From NCBI GenBank assembly GCA_965208105.1, contig OZ242318.1, positions 501,731-565,730 of the forward strand: DNA of 64,000 bases. Direction: 5' to 3'. This stretch comes from Candidatus Latescibacterota bacterium. GTDB lineage: Bacteria > Latescibacterota > UBA2968 > UBA8231. Every line of letters begins with the position of its first letter. Position 1 is the stretch's first letter. Shown here in pieces: positions 33,373 through 44,276 of this stretch. Made by a program: the position numbers and the translations under genes. The notes under the pieces are model-generated. The model was not told the DNA's origin and ran no database searches. It worked only from the letters and a program-made list of their open reading frames with translations.

Positions 33373-34250
33373 CTCTTGACGGTCCCGAAGGTGACGCCGC
33401 GCAGCAGGTGTTTGCGCACGAGAACGGTGAACGCGATGATCGGCGCCACGAAGATCAGAATGCCGGCGCTGATCTGGGGCCAGGGCAATCCCCGCACGTT
33501 GCCCTGCAGGCCGGCAAAGTAAACCGGAACGGTTATGGCGTCCTGGTTGTTGAGGGTCATGGCGAATCCGTACTCGTTCCAGGCCGAGATCAGGCAGAAA
33601 ACCGCGGTGACCGCCATGCCTCCGGCGGCGCGGGGCAGGACGATGCAGCGGAAGACCTGGAGGCGGGAATAGCCATCCACAAGCGCCGCTTCCTCGTAAG
33701 CCGGGGGGATCTCGTCGATGAATCCCTTCATCAGCCACACCGCCAGGGAAAGGTTGAACGAAGTGTAGAGCACAACGAGCCCCAGGTGGGTGTTCTCCAG
33801 GTCGAACTGGCGGTACATCACCAGGACGGGAACGACCACGGCAAGAGGAGGGAGAAATCGGGTCGAGAGGATGAAAAAGAGCCAGTCCCTGGCTCCCCCC
33901 ACCCGGAAGCGGCTGAAGCCGTAGGCACAGCAGGTCCCTATCAGGACCGCCGCCAGAGTGCTGAACAGACCTACTACAATGCTGTTGCCGAGGTAGTGAA
34001 GAAAAGCTCGACTGGTTCCGGCGTAGACTTGGGAGAGTTGTCTGTAGCCGTCGAGATTGGGCTCGAAGTAGATGCTGGCTGGAGCCAAGTCACTACTGAA
34101 TGCCGGCGCCAGCTTCGGCCGGATGCTGATGCTGTCGGCCTTGCTCTTGAACGAAGTCAATACCAGCCAGGCCAGGGGCAGGGTGGAAGCCGCGAGGTAG
34201 GACAGGATGAAGAGCCAGCGCAGGAGCTTCACCTCAGACAGCCTCCTCAT
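33369..34250 (-). CDS. sugar ABC transporter permease (MalG/UgpE-like)
   Basis: 293 aa. EAA-loop region IDEIPPAYEEAALVDGYSRLQVFRCIVLPRAAGG. Confidence 0.9.
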   Translation of the reverse strand: MRRLSEVKLLRWLFILSYLAASTLPLAWLVLTSFKSKADSISIRPKLAPAFSSDLAPASIYFEPNLDGYRQLSQVYAGTSRAFLHYLGNSIVVGLFSTLAAVLIGTCCAYGFSRFRVGGARDWLFFILSTRFLPPLAVVVPVLVMYRQFDLENTHLGLVVLYTSFNLSLAVWLMKGFIDEIPPAYEEAALVDGYSRLQVFRCIVLPRAAGGMAVTAVFCLISAWNEYGFAMTLNNQDAITVPVYFAGLQGNVRGLPWPQISAGILIFVAPIIAFTVLVRKHLLRGVTFGTVKR

Positions 34251-35133
34251 GTTTCTTTTGCAGTGAGCCCAGGTAGCGGATGAACAGGCTGGCGAGGGCG
34301 ATCACCAGCACCAGTATCACGTAGGAATAGGATGCTCCCAGGCCCACCCTGCCGTCGCGAAACACGACCTGGTAGAGGAGGGCGCTCAGGGTCTGGGTAG
34401 CCCCGTCGTTGGGTCCGGTCACCGCCGCGACCAGGTCGAACTGCTTGAGGGCGTCGGTAGCCCTGAGCAGCACGGCCAGGCCCAGGAGTGGGGCGCACAT
34501 GGGAAGGGTAATCCGGCGAAACACCCTCCACGGCGAAGCGCGGTCGATGGCCGCCGCTTCGTAGATCGAGGGCGGGATGGCGTTGAGCCCGGCCAGGGAG
34601 ATGAGCATCATGAACGGGGTCCACATCCACACGTCGATGAGGAGGATGGAAAAGAACTTGAGGTCCGGGTCGGTGATCCACTGGGGCTGGAACAGGTGCC
34701 AGGCTCCCAAGACCTGGTTGAGGATGCCGTAGTTGCCGTTCAGGACCAGTTTCCAGTAGAGACCCATCACCGCCTGGGGCAGCATCATGGGCACCAGCAG
34801 CACGGTGAGGACGAAAGCCCTGCCCTCGAAGCGCCGGCGCAGTGCCAGTGCCAGGCCGAATCCCAGGACCAGCTCGATGGTGACCGCCAAAACCACGAAG
34901 AGGGCGGTAGTGCGCAGGGCGGCGGCGTACTTGGCCGCCGAGAATACGACTTCGTAGTTGAGGACGCCGATGACCTGGTAGGCTCCGCCGACCAGGTCGG
35001 CATTGGTGAAACTGAGGAATATGCTGTAAAGCAGGGGAAAGACGTTGAAGGCGATGAGAACCAGGAGGGCAGGTCCCACGAATCCGTACTTTATCCAGTC
35101 GCGGCCCGGGCCCTGTTCTCCCCTGCGCGCCAA
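34234..35133 (-). CDS. sugar ABC transporter permease (MalF/UgpA-like)
   Basis: 299 aa. LNAIPPSIYEAAAIDRASPWRVFRRITLPMCAP. Confidence 0.9.
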   Translation of the reverse strand: MARRGEQGPGRDWIKYGFVGPALLVLIAFNVFPLLYSIFLSFTNADLVGGAYQVIGVLNYEVVFSAAKYAAALRTTALFVVLAVTIELVLGFGLALALRRRFEGRAFVLTVLLVPMMLPQAVMGLYWKLVLNGNYGILNQVLGAWHLFQPQWITDPDLKFFSILLIDVWMWTPFMMLISLAGLNAIPPSIYEAAAIDRASPWRVFRRITLPMCAPLLGLAVLLRATDALKQFDLVAAVTGPNDGATQTLSALLYQVVFRDGRVGLGASYSYVILVLVIALASLFIRYLGSLQKKHEEAV

Positions 35134-35142
35134 TCCAGCCTC

Positions 35143-36444
35143 CTAGCGGCGCAGGCCCGCCTGCATCATTATCAGCTCGTGTTCCTCGGCCATCTGGTCG
35201 AGGGCCTCCTGGGGCGTCTTGACCCCGTCCAGGGCCTCCCCCAGGTGGCGCTGGGAGGACGCCAGGAGCTCGTTGTAGGCCGGCACGTTCCAGAAGTCCT
35301 GCAGGTAGTCCAGGGAGTTGGCGAAGGTGGCGTTGTATGGCGAGGCCTCTCTGAATTCTTCGCTGGCCAGAAGCGCCGTATTGGCTGTGAATGCGCCGGG
35401 ATAGGTGATCCACTTCTTCTGCACCTCGGTCTGCTGAAACCAGGCGATGAACTGCTTGGCCAGCTCCTGCTGCCGCGGCGGGATCTTGGTCGAGATGCTG
35501 AACCCCTGGCCGCCAAGGCTGATGGCGCGGAGCTCCCCCCGCGCCGGGACCACGAAAAAACCGACCTTGTCGCCCATGCTGCGGACGATGCCAGGATAGA
35601 AGGGAAAGTAATCCAGCACCATGGCCGTGGACCCGTTCATGAACACGTCGTTGTTGTAGAAGTAGTCGGCGCTGTTGCCCCCCGGCGGGGTGAAGCGGAG
35701 CAAATCCTTCATGAAGGTCAGGGCAGCCACCGCCTCGGGGCTGTTGAGGTGCCCCTTCACCGCAAAGGTCTCGGGGTCCCCCCAGGACCCTCCCCAGGAC
35801 CAGAGAAAGGGCTGAAAGCCCATGGTTATGCCGTCGTAGCCGCGTCCGGCGAGAATCGAGCACCCGTAGCGCTTTTGCCCGGGGCGCTGGAAGAACTCGG
35901 CGATATCGCGAAACTCCTCCCATGTATCCGGCACTTGCAGGTCGCGGCCGTACTTCTCCCTGAAGGCGGCCTGCTCGCGCGGATCTTCGAACCAGTCCCT
36001 GCGGTAGGCAAAGCCGATGGCGTCGGTCTCGCAGGGCGCCGCGTAGAATCTACCGCTGCCCGCCGGATATTCGCAGAGATAGCGCGCCGCGCGTGGATGG
36101 ATGGTCTCGATGTCCACCGCCTGGGACAGCCAGTCGGTCAGCTCCAGGTAGAGACCCCGCGTCGCACCGCGGCCGATCCACTGGCTGTCACCCACCACGA
36201 TGTCGAAGCTGGTCTGCTTGTTTCCGAAGTTGAGGAAGACCTGGTCGTGATAGGAAGGCCAGGGGATCTGGTGCACCACCACCGAAATCCCGGTCTCCTC
36301 CTCGAAGTCGGCAGCCAGCTCCTGCAGCCCTGCCGCCGGATCCCATTGAGCCCACCAGATGGTGATGGATCCGGCCTCGCCGTGGCCTGCCCGGGCCAGG
36401 AAGGCGACCGCCAGGACCGCCAGGAACATTTTGCGGTTTCTCAT
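35143..36444 (-). CDS. extracellular solute-binding protein, family 1 (sugar ABC SBP)
   Basis: 433 aa. Signal peptide MRNRKMFLAVLAVAFLARAGHG. ITIWWAQWDPAAGLQELAADFEEETGISV is typical of CUT1 SBPs. Confidence 0.85.
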   Translation of the reverse strand: MRNRKMFLAVLAVAFLARAGHGEAGSITIWWAQWDPAAGLQELAADFEEETGISVVVHQIPWPSYHDQVFLNFGNKQTSFDIVVGDSQWIGRGATRGLYLELTDWLSQAVDIETIHPRAARYLCEYPAGSGRFYAAPCETDAIGFAYRRDWFEDPREQAAFREKYGRDLQVPDTWEEFRDIAEFFQRPGQKRYGCSILAGRGYDGITMGFQPFLWSWGGSWGDPETFAVKGHLNSPEAVAALTFMKDLLRFTPPGGNSADYFYNNDVFMNGSTAMVLDYFPFYPGIVRSMGDKVGFFVVPARGELRAISLGGQGFSISTKIPPRQQELAKQFIAWFQQTEVQKKWITYPGAFTANTALLASEEFREASPYNATFANSLDYLQDFWNVPAYNELLASSQRHLGEALDGVKTPQEALDQMAEEHELIMMQAGLRR

Positions 36445-36529
36445 TATTTCCTCCTCTTCGTGGAACCGTTAAGGTACCTTCCCCGCCTGGCCTTGGCAAC
36501 CGGGGAAGCCGGCCAGGGGACCTCCTTCA

Positions 36530-38281
36530 TCACTCCACCAGCTCAAGCCTGACCCAGCGCCTCAGGGAGTTGATCAGGTACAGTTCCTCCGCCCGGCGCA
36601 CCTCCTCCACCGACAAAACGCACTCGCGCAGCTCGCCGCGGGAGAGCAGGTCTGCACGGTAGGTACCGGGCAAAAGCCCGCTGGAGACCGGCGGGGTGCG
36701 CTTCTCTCCCCCGATGACGGCGACCAGATTGCCGATACAGCATTCGGTTGCCTCGCCGCGCTCGTTCTGCATGACGACATCGCCGCAGCCGGGATGAAGG
36801 CGGCGCTGGCCCTCGTAGAGGCGGCGATGGGTGGTCTTGTGAAAGAGCATTGGATCGCTGCTGTCCACCGCTGCGGCGGAAATGGCCGCCTTGAGGCTGT
36901 CCGGCCCCCGCGGCAGGGGAGAACTGCCGACCTCGACCTCGCCGCTGCGGCCAAGGGTCAGCCGCACCCGGTAGTCGCGCGCCCCGAACCCGGCCGCCTC
37001 CTGATTCAGAGCCCGGACTATCGCCTCGGCATCGCACCTGAAACCGAAGTAATCCGCCGAGGCGCGAAGACGCTGCAGGTGACGGTCGAGGAGAAAGTAG
37101 CCTCGGCCGGCTTCGAACAGCATGGTCTCCAGCAGGGCGAACCGCGGCCGGGGCGCCTTCAGCACCCTGGCCTTGACCAGGCATTCTGCGTACTCCCCAT
37201 GAGGAGAGGAATCGCCGGTGATGCCACCTCCTACCCCGAACTCGGCGAGGCCGTAGTGACGGTCGATCAGCACCGTGCGAATGGCCACGTTGAAGCGCGC
37301 CACCGGGCCGGGTGAGACGAAGCCGATACAGCCGGTGTAGATCCCGCGGGGAGAATCCTCCAGAGAGGCGATGATCTGCGTGGTCCGGATCTTCGGGGCT
37401 CCTGTCACCGAGCCGCAGGGGAAGAGAGCGGTGAGGAGTTGCACAAGTCCTACCCCGGCCCGCAGGCGCGAGCGCAGGGTCGAGGTCAGCTGCAGCACGG
37501 TCTCGTAGCGCTCCACCTCCCACAGCCGGAGCACCTTCACGCTGCCGGCCTCCGACACCCTGCCCATGTCGTTGCGCAGCAGGTCGACGATCATCACGTT
37601 CTCGGCGCGCTCCTTGGCCGCGGTGCGCAGGTCTCGGGAAAGTTGCGCATCCTCGCCTGCCCAGCGCCCGCGGCGGCGCGTGCCCTTCATGGGCCGCGCC
37701 GTCAGCACCCCGTTCCCGAGGCCGAAGAACAGTTCGGGGGAAGCCGAGAGGATCTGGTGCCTGCCCAGGTCCAGAAAGGCGCAATATGGCGCTCGCTGGG
37801 AGAGGCACAGGTCGCGGTAGAGGGCCCGCTCGTCCCCGCGAAAGGAGGCGCGCAGGCGGAAGGTGTAGTTGACCTGGTACGTGTCCCCTGCCTCGATGTA
37901 CTGCCCGATCGCCTCCATGGCTTCGGCGTAGGCTCGACGGGAAATCGACGGCTCCCAGGGGGACATGGAATAGCTGCCGCACCTCGGCAGCCCCCCGCAG
38001 GCAACCCGCTCGCGGTGGGCGAAGAGCCCGAACCAGACAAGGGGCAGCTCGCAGCGCCCGCTGGTTTCGAGTTTGGCGCCGAGGCCCGGTGCAGCCTCGT
38101 AGGCCAGGTACCCGGCGGCGTGCAGCCCATCCTCCACCGCCTCCTCGACGGCAGCCAGGGCCGGCTGCACCTCTTCAGGCCGGTGGGCTGCGATCTCCCC
38201 GCGCAATCCGTTGAACGCATAGGAAGCCGTGTCCCTCTCGGAGGAATAGGACTCCAGCAGGACCAGGGGTTCGGAACTCAA
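36530..38281 (-). CDS. aminodeoxychorismate synthase component I fused to an aminodeoxychorismate-lyase-like (class IV aminotransferase fold) domain
   Basis: Chorismate-binding motifs SASPELFF, RPMKGTRRRG, MIVDLLRNDMGRV, PCGSVTGAPKIRT, GIYTGCIGF, GGGITGDS. The C-terminal ~200 aa (FALLETMLFEAGRGYFLLDRHLQRLRASADYFGF...) is PabC/IlvE-like. TTG start. Confidence 0.8.
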   Translation of the reverse strand: MSSEPLVLLESYSSERDTASYAFNGLRGEIAAHRPEEVQPALAAVEEAVEDGLHAAGYLAYEAAPGLGAKLETSGRCELPLVWFGLFAHRERVACGGLPRCGSYSMSPWEPSISRRAYAEAMEAIGQYIEAGDTYQVNYTFRLRASFRGDERALYRDLCLSQRAPYCAFLDLGRHQILSASPELFFGLGNGVLTARPMKGTRRRGRWAGEDAQLSRDLRTAAKERAENVMIVDLLRNDMGRVSEAGSVKVLRLWEVERYETVLQLTSTLRSRLRAGVGLVQLLTALFPCGSVTGAPKIRTTQIIASLEDSPRGIYTGCIGFVSPGPVARFNVAIRTVLIDRHYGLAEFGVGGGITGDSSPHGEYAECLVKARVLKAPRPRFALLETMLFEAGRGYFLLDRHLQRLRASADYFGFRCDAEAIVRALNQEAAGFGARDYRVRLTLGRSGEVEVGSSPLPRGPDSLKAAISAAAVDSSDPMLFHKTTHRRLYEGQRRLHPGCGDVVMQNERGEATECCIGNLVAVIGGEKRTPPVSSGLLPGTYRADLLSRGELRECVLSVEEVRRAEELYLINSLRRWVRLELVE

Positions 38282-38344
38282 CTGGCGGGAATCTCCTGGG
38301 TAGGACCGGGAAGGGGTTGCGGCCGCGGCCTGGGCCCGCCGGCG

Positions 38345-39628
38345 CTAAAGCAATTCGTCGGCGCAGGCTGCCACTTTGCGAAAGGCCCCGGCGTACTCGC
38401 GAATGACCTGGGGCCGATAGTGCTTGAACCAGGGAATCGAGAAACAGCGCTGGGGCAGACTCTCGGTCACGGGCAAGCTTCCCCGCGGCTGCCTCAGCTC
38501 CCTGTCAGCCCGGGCGATGCGGGTCGGCCTGCCGTGGCCGTAAACATCCACGTCGTTCAGCACCGGGTGCAGGTGCATGAGAGGGTTTGCTCCGGGATTC
38601 ACCAACCATGGTCCCGAGGCGCACTCGGCATTGACCGCGGCGCAGAAGCGCGCCAATGGCAAGTCGCCGAGCTCTTCGGGCGCATAGAGCCCGTGGGCCG
38701 CGTACCAACCTCCCATGGTGCTGCCCGAGCCCGGAGGCGGACGGTGCGCGCGCAGTCCGGGCACCCCCTCCAGCAAATCCCAGAAATAGTCCATGGCCCG
38801 CTGTATCTGTGCCATGCGCTGGTCGTAGTGCCTGAGCTGCACCCGGCCGACGGCTGCCGAGAGCTGATGCATGCGGAATTTGCAGCCTCCCAGGGGAATG
38901 CCGGCGGAACCACGGAGCTCCGGGCACTCCAACTCGCTGCCGCGCTCGTAGTGCCCGAAGGCCAGGGCGCGCTGGTGGATTGCGGCGTCCCTGGTGAGAA
39001 GCAGCCCTCCTTCGCCGCAGGCAAGGGATTTGCCCGTCATCATGGACATGGCGGCCACGTGACCGATGGTTCCCACCAGGCGGCCTTTGTAGCGTCCCCC
39101 ATGGGCGTGCGACGCGTCCTCGATGACCTTGATGCCGTGTTTTGCCGCAATCTCCATGATGGGGTCCATGTCCGCCGGGTAACCGCAGTAGTGCACCACG
39201 ACGATGGCCTTGGTGCGCCCGGTGATGCGGCGCTCGATATCACCTGGGTCCAGAGTCAATGTAGCGGGATCCATCTCGGCAAAGACCACCGTGCCGCCAA
39301 GGGAGAACACCTGGAGAACCGATCCCCAGTAGGTCATGCTCTGGCAGATGACCTCGTCGCCCCGCCGCACCCCGCATGCCCACATGGCCGCCTGGATGGC
39401 CGCCGTTCCGGAATTGTGGCACAGGGCAAATCCGCCGCCGAACCAATCTTCCAGTTCGCTCTCGAAGCGGCGGGTCACGTCCATCTTCGACATGGCCCGC
39501 CGGCGCAGGACCTCGAGCACGGCGCCCTCGTCCTCGGCGGTGATGATGGGCCAGTCGAAGACATCACCGGGGTTCGTGCGCAGGGCCCTGTCACCCCCGT
39601 TTATCGCCAATCTGCTTGCGTGGACCAC
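38345..39628 (-). CDS. DegT/DnrJ/EryC1/StrS-family PLP-dependent aminotransferase
   Basis: 427 aa. NSGTAAIQAAMWACGVRRGDEVI, VIEDASHAHGGRYKGRLVGTIGHVAAMSMMTGKSL (Lys in the expected context). Confidence 0.8.
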   Translation of the reverse strand: MVHASRLAINGGDRALRTNPGDVFDWPIITAEDEGAVLEVLRRRAMSKMDVTRRFESELEDWFGGGFALCHNSGTAAIQAAMWACGVRRGDEVICQSMTYWGSVLQVFSLGGTVVFAEMDPATLTLDPGDIERRITGRTKAIVVVHYCGYPADMDPIMEIAAKHGIKVIEDASHAHGGRYKGRLVGTIGHVAAMSMMTGKSLACGEGGLLLTRDAAIHQRALAFGHYERGSELECPELRGSAGIPLGGCKFRMHQLSAAVGRVQLRHYDQRMAQIQRAMDYFWDLLEGVPGLRAHRPPPGSGSTMGGWYAAHGLYAPEELGDLPLARFCAAVNAECASGPWLVNPGANPLMHLHPVLNDVDVYGHGRPTRIARADRELRQPRGSLPVTESLPQRCFSIPWFKHYRPQVIREYAGAFRKVAACADELL

Positions 39629-39654
39629 CCTGGTTGCTCCCCCGCTCCCCGCGG

Positions 39655-40617
39655 TCAGGATCCTTCACCATCGACGTCGGCGGCACCGACGGCCTCTTTC
39701 AACTCCTCCGCCGAGGGCATCTCGAAGTACTCCCATACAGTCCGTACTACGCCGTTGCGCACGAAGGCCAGTCGCGGATAGCCATGCTTGTAGGTGAGAC
39801 GCCGAAAGTCGGTCATGGAAATGCTGGCGATGAGGTAGCGGGGCTGCAGCTGACTCTTGAAGTCCGCCATGGCCTGGGAGTTCTGCGGAAAACTGCTCAG
39901 TGCGACCAGGGACGGCAGATCGCGGCGCGCATTCAGCTTGTTGAGGAAGGGCACCTCCTCCTGGCAGCGACCGCATCTGGGGCTGAAAAGAGCGACAAGA
40001 TAGTCCCCCTCCATCAGGTCGAGGTCCGGTCCCTTCAAGGGAAGACCGACCAGCTTGACCCCCGGCTGCAAATCAGAATTTTCGAGGCGATAGGCATCCG
40101 GAAAGAATCTGATCCCGGCGACCACCAGTGCCAGCAGCGTACCTCCCGCCATCAGTCGGGCGCTCGCCGCCAAAGCCGGGGAGGGCCGGGAGCGGGTTCC
40201 CCACCAGCCGAATACCAGCATTCCCAGCATGATCAGGTCCTCGACCGCCGCTTCTCCCGGGCTGCGGTTGACCAGGGTACCAAAGCAGCCGCAGTCTTCG
40301 GTGGCGCCGAGGCGCCAGGCATAGGTCATCAGCCCCACAAAAAAAGCCATCAACGCCGTTGCCGCGGGGAAAACCAGCCGAGGCCTCCAGTTGAGCAGCA
40401 ACCCCAGTCCCAGGCTGCACTCCAGGGGGCCGAGGAGCAGGGCGAGACGGGTAGCCGCCTTCAGCACCTCGAGGTCCTTCCCCAGCAACAGCTTGGAAAA
40501 GGGCATGGCCTCCCAGTAGAACAACACCGGTTCCCACACCTTGATGAGTCCGGACACCAGCAGGATGAGCCCCATGACCATTTGCCCGGTCCGCGCTGCC
40601 TTCGCAATTCCGCTCAT
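39655..40617 (-). CDS. MauE/DoxX-like membrane domain fused to a thioredoxin-like CxxC domain
   Basis: N-terminal 4-5 TM helices with a CGCFG motif (EDCGCFGTL, MauE-like). The C-terminal domain has FSPRCGRCQEE. The start overlaps the glnE stop (ATGA, 40614-40617). Confidence 0.65.
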   Translation of the reverse strand: MSGIAKAARTGQMVMGLILLVSGLIKVWEPVLFYWEAMPFSKLLLGKDLEVLKAATRLALLLGPLECSLGLGLLLNWRPRLVFPAATALMAFFVGLMTYAWRLGATEDCGCFGTLVNRSPGEAAVEDLIMLGMLVFGWWGTRSRPSPALAASARLMAGGTLLALVVAGIRFFPDAYRLENSDLQPGVKLVGLPLKGPDLDLMEGDYLVALFSPRCGRCQEEVPFLNKLNARRDLPSLVALSSFPQNSQAMADFKSQLQPRYLIASISMTDFRRLTYKHGYPRLAFVRNGVVRTVWEYFEMPSAEELKEAVGAADVDGEGS

Positions 40618-43600
40618 GGTCTCCCCTCTCGCCTGGCGAAGTGCCCTATTGTCCTGGTGAAGATGCCCCGTGTCTCATGCATCAAGGTTCTGACCTCCTC
40701 CTCGAGCTCACCGGGTTCCCGCCTTCCGGCGGCGCGTGCGAGAAGCTCCAGATCGCGGCCCCGGGGCAGCACGTTCGGGGCCTGCTCGCTGGAAATGCGC
40801 ATGCACTTCTCAATCCCTCTGAGCCGCTCGTAAGCATCCAGGAGAAAACGCCCTTCCCGATCATCAAGGTACTGCATTGCCATTAATTGGGAAAGTATCC
40901 GCCTGGTGCTGGTCCTCCTCAGCTCTCTGTGCTTTCGTCCCCAACGCAGCACCCCGAACTGGGCGATGAACTCGATGTCGACGATTCCTCCCGTGCCGCG
41001 TTTTATGTCCACCTGAAGAGCCCGGCCGCGCGCTGCAGGGGGTTCCATCCTCATTCGCAGATCCACCGTCTCCTCGGCTAGCAACCGGTCCACGGGCGCG
41101 CGAAAAACGAAGCGCTGAATGGCGCGTTGCACCCGCTCGCCCAACTCCGGATCACCGGCCACCCTGCGGGCGCGGGTAAGAGCCAGTCGCTCCCAGGTCG
41201 CGGCCCGCCCTTTCAGATAGCGCCGGTAGGCAGCCAGGGACAGAGCAGCGGGCGCGTTACGTCCTTCGGGGCGCAGACGCGGGTCGACCTTGTAGAGCCC
41301 TCCATCCTGGAGCAACTGGATGATCTTCTGAACCAGCTCGCTGAAAAAGGCGCTGTTCGCCGTTCCCGTGCGGCCGGTCCTTCCCTCCCCGGCATAGACG
41401 AAAAACACATCGAGGTCAGCGCCGAAATCCATCTCGCGGCCGCCGAATTTACCGCCTGCAACGCAAACGCCTTCGACCTCCTCCCCGCTCCGGTTGCGCG
41501 GCTTGCCGTGGCGCTGCACGAGGCGGCGCCGGCACAGCTCGTAGGCCGCCCCCAGAATGTCCTCGGCGAGATCCGACAGGCGCAGAAAGGTCTCTTCCTG
41601 AGAGGTCAGCCCCAGCAGGTCATCGGTGCCAATGCGCAACAGTTCCTGGTTGCGGTGGCGTTGGATGGCTCGCTGATCCCGGCGCCATTCGGCTCGTTCA
41701 CCGGCTCCGACATCGATGTCCGGCGTAACCAGCCCATCCAGGAGGCCGGGGTCGCGCTGAATCAGTTCAGCCAGAAAGCGGCTGCTGCCGCAAATCGCCA
41801 GCAGCAGCCTGCGGAATCCCGCATGGGTATGGAGCAGTTCGAATAGAGGGCCGGGAGCTCCATAGGCGGCGACCATCTGGGTAAATCGCACCAGCCCCTG
41901 ATCGGGGTCCGGCTCGGCGGCCAGAGACACAACCAGCTCGGTAAGCAACTCCTCGAGGTGCTGGCGGGCGGTGCTGGTCAGCATTCCCGCGTTGCTCAAC
42001 TGCAGCAAATTGCGGTGCGCCGCCGCCCCATCTGCAAAACCCCGTTCCTGAAGGGCTTGCCGCGCCCTGAGGCTTCCGGGCTCGGCCTCGAGGAGCCAGT
42101 TCAGCCCCTGAACGGGGACCTCATCCCCGTAGAAGAAGCCATCGAAGATGGCGCGCACCTGCTTGAGGTGCACATCCACTGCAGCCGCCAGGTCCTCCGC
42201 TCCGGACAAGCCCAGAATCCGGGCAAGGCCATCTTGTTCGGCGCGCCCCTCAGGCAGGGCGTAGGCCGATCTCCCCGCCTCGATCTGCAGGAGATTCTCC
42301 AGGCGGCGGTAGAACTTGTAGGCTGCTTCCAGGCTGTCAGCTTCGCTGGAAGCGAGGCCTCCGGCCTGGCGCAGGGAGGAGATCGCTTCCAGGGTGCCCT
42401 GGGTGCGCACCTGTGGATTCACACAACCGTTGAGCAACTGCAGACACTGGAGAATGAACTCGATGTCGCGAATTCCTCCGGCTCGCAGCTTGATGTTGTT
42501 GTCCCGCGCCGGGCGCTCCAGGATCCGGGCTTCGATGCGTTCCTTGATCTGGCGGATCTCATGGCGCGGGCTGATACCGAAGTGGGCAGGGTAGATGAAC
42601 CTTGCCAGCATATCTCTGAACCGCTTCCACAAGGGTCCCGATCCGGCGGCACAGCGTGCCTTGATGAGCATCTGCCGCTCCCAGGTCTCTCCCCGGGTCT
42701 CGTAATAGATCCAGTAGCTCCTCAGTGAGCGCACGAGGAGACCGGTCTTGCCCTCCGGCCGCAGCCTCATGTCCACCGGGTAGAGGGAGCCTTCCCGGGT
42801 GGAAGCACTCAGAATCTGGATGATGCGTTCCCCCAGGCGCTGAAAGAACTCCTTGTTGTCGATCCCGGCACCCCGCCGCCCGGGACGGGTCCGTCCATCT
42901 CCATCGTAGACGAACATCAAGTCGATGTCCGAACGGAAGTTCAATTCCCTGCCTCCGTGCTTGCCCAGGCAGACGATGCAGAATTTGGCCACGCGCCCGC
43001 GGTCGTCCCGCGGTCTGCCGTAGCGCCCCACCATTTCCGCCATGGCCAGTTCAAGGACCACCTTCAGAACCGCGTCGGCCAGATTGGACAGCTCCCGGCC
43101 GACCTCCTCGACATCCCCGGCCCCCAGTATCTCAACCGCGCCGAGGCGCAGAAGTTCGCGCCTCTGTGCCCGTCGCAATGCATTGAGCCGATCCTCCGTC
43201 GAGGAGGTCCCTTCCATCTCCCGGCGCAGCCTTCGGCGCAGGGAATTCTGGTCCGGGGACTTGCTCAGGGACTCGGTTCCTGCCAGGACCTGGAGGAGGA
43301 ACTGGGGATTGCGTACAAGGATTTCCGTTAGAAAACGGCTGTGGGACAGCACCTGCAGCAGGCGCTGCTGCAGGGCGGGATCTGCGGAGAGACAGGCCAG
43401 GAGAGAGGGCCCGGAGTCCAAGGCTTCCACCAGCCTCTCAAGGTGATGAAGCCCGCGGTCCGGACGGCTTGTTTTCACCGCGGCCAGAAGTATCCCGGCG
43501 GAAAGGGCAACTGACCCCGCTGCCGAGCCGGCCACGCGGTCCAGGGTCTGCAGGGCTCGTTGCGGATCATCGAACCCCATGCGGGTCAAGGCCTTCAGCG

Positions 43601-43676
43601 CTGCTGCTCCGCTTCGGGTCAGGGCCTGGTGCGCCAGTTTCTTCAGTTCGCGGTTGCTTCCAGGACGCATTGCCAT
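40614..43676 (-). CDS. glnE: bifunctional glutamine synthetase adenylyltransferase / adenylyl-removing enzyme
   Basis: 1020 aa with two nucleotidyltransferase modules (GKHGGRELNFRSDIDLMFVY and GKFGGREMDFGADLDVFFVY) plus GlnE-specific helical repeats. Confidence 0.9.
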   Translation of the reverse strand: MAMRPGSNRELKKLAHQALTRSGAAALKALTRMGFDDPQRALQTLDRVAGSAAGSVALSAGILLAAVKTSRPDRGLHHLERLVEALDSGPSLLACLSADPALQQRLLQVLSHSRFLTEILVRNPQFLLQVLAGTESLSKSPDQNSLRRRLRREMEGTSSTEDRLNALRRAQRRELLRLGAVEILGAGDVEEVGRELSNLADAVLKVVLELAMAEMVGRYGRPRDDRGRVAKFCIVCLGKHGGRELNFRSDIDLMFVYDGDGRTRPGRRGAGIDNKEFFQRLGERIIQILSASTREGSLYPVDMRLRPEGKTGLLVRSLRSYWIYYETRGETWERQMLIKARCAAGSGPLWKRFRDMLARFIYPAHFGISPRHEIRQIKERIEARILERPARDNNIKLRAGGIRDIEFILQCLQLLNGCVNPQVRTQGTLEAISSLRQAGGLASSEADSLEAAYKFYRRLENLLQIEAGRSAYALPEGRAEQDGLARILGLSGAEDLAAAVDVHLKQVRAIFDGFFYGDEVPVQGLNWLLEAEPGSLRARQALQERGFADGAAAHRNLLQLSNAGMLTSTARQHLEELLTELVVSLAAEPDPDQGLVRFTQMVAAYGAPGPLFELLHTHAGFRRLLLAICGSSRFLAELIQRDPGLLDGLVTPDIDVGAGERAEWRRDQRAIQRHRNQELLRIGTDDLLGLTSQEETFLRLSDLAEDILGAAYELCRRRLVQRHGKPRNRSGEEVEGVCVAGGKFGGREMDFGADLDVFFVYAGEGRTGRTGTANSAFFSELVQKIIQLLQDGGLYKVDPRLRPEGRNAPAALSLAAYRRYLKGRAATWERLALTRARRVAGDPELGERVQRAIQRFVFRAPVDRLLAEETVDLRMRMEPPAARGRALQVDIKRGTGGIVDIEFIAQFGVLRWGRKHRELRRTSTRRILSQLMAMQYLDDREGRFLLDAYERLRGIEKCMRISSEQAPNVLPRGRDLELLARAAGRREPGELEEEVRTLMHETRGIFTRTIGHFARREGRP

Positions 43677-43715
43677 CCCGGTCCAATGCCGATTACATTC
43701 TGGGGTGCTTGCGCA

Positions 43716-44063
<348 letters not shown>

Positions 44064-44276
44064 TCATATATCTCCTCCACCTGAAACCGGGGCTGGAGAT
44101 CTGCCTGGACTGAACAGCATGCGGCCTGACAAGGAGGCGGATTGTTTTTGCCATCGCGCCTCCATTGAGCTTTATTACAATCTCGCGCGCCGTGCAATGA
44201 GACCATTATAGAATCCGGCGCGTCTCGTCACAAACCACATGAACTCTTCTCGGCAAAGGGCTTTGGGGGAGAAAAA

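Noticed and set aside
34247-36552. 558-aa (minus) and 618-aa (plus) ORFs across the permease/SBP genes
   Set aside because: Shadow frames of well-supported permease and SBP genes. Biased composition and no domain motifs.
37439-39781. 780-aa + strand ORF
   Set aside because: Antisense to the PabB-PabC fusion and the DegT aminotransferase genes, both of which carry clear family motifs. Its translation is Gly/Ala/Pro/Arg-rich.
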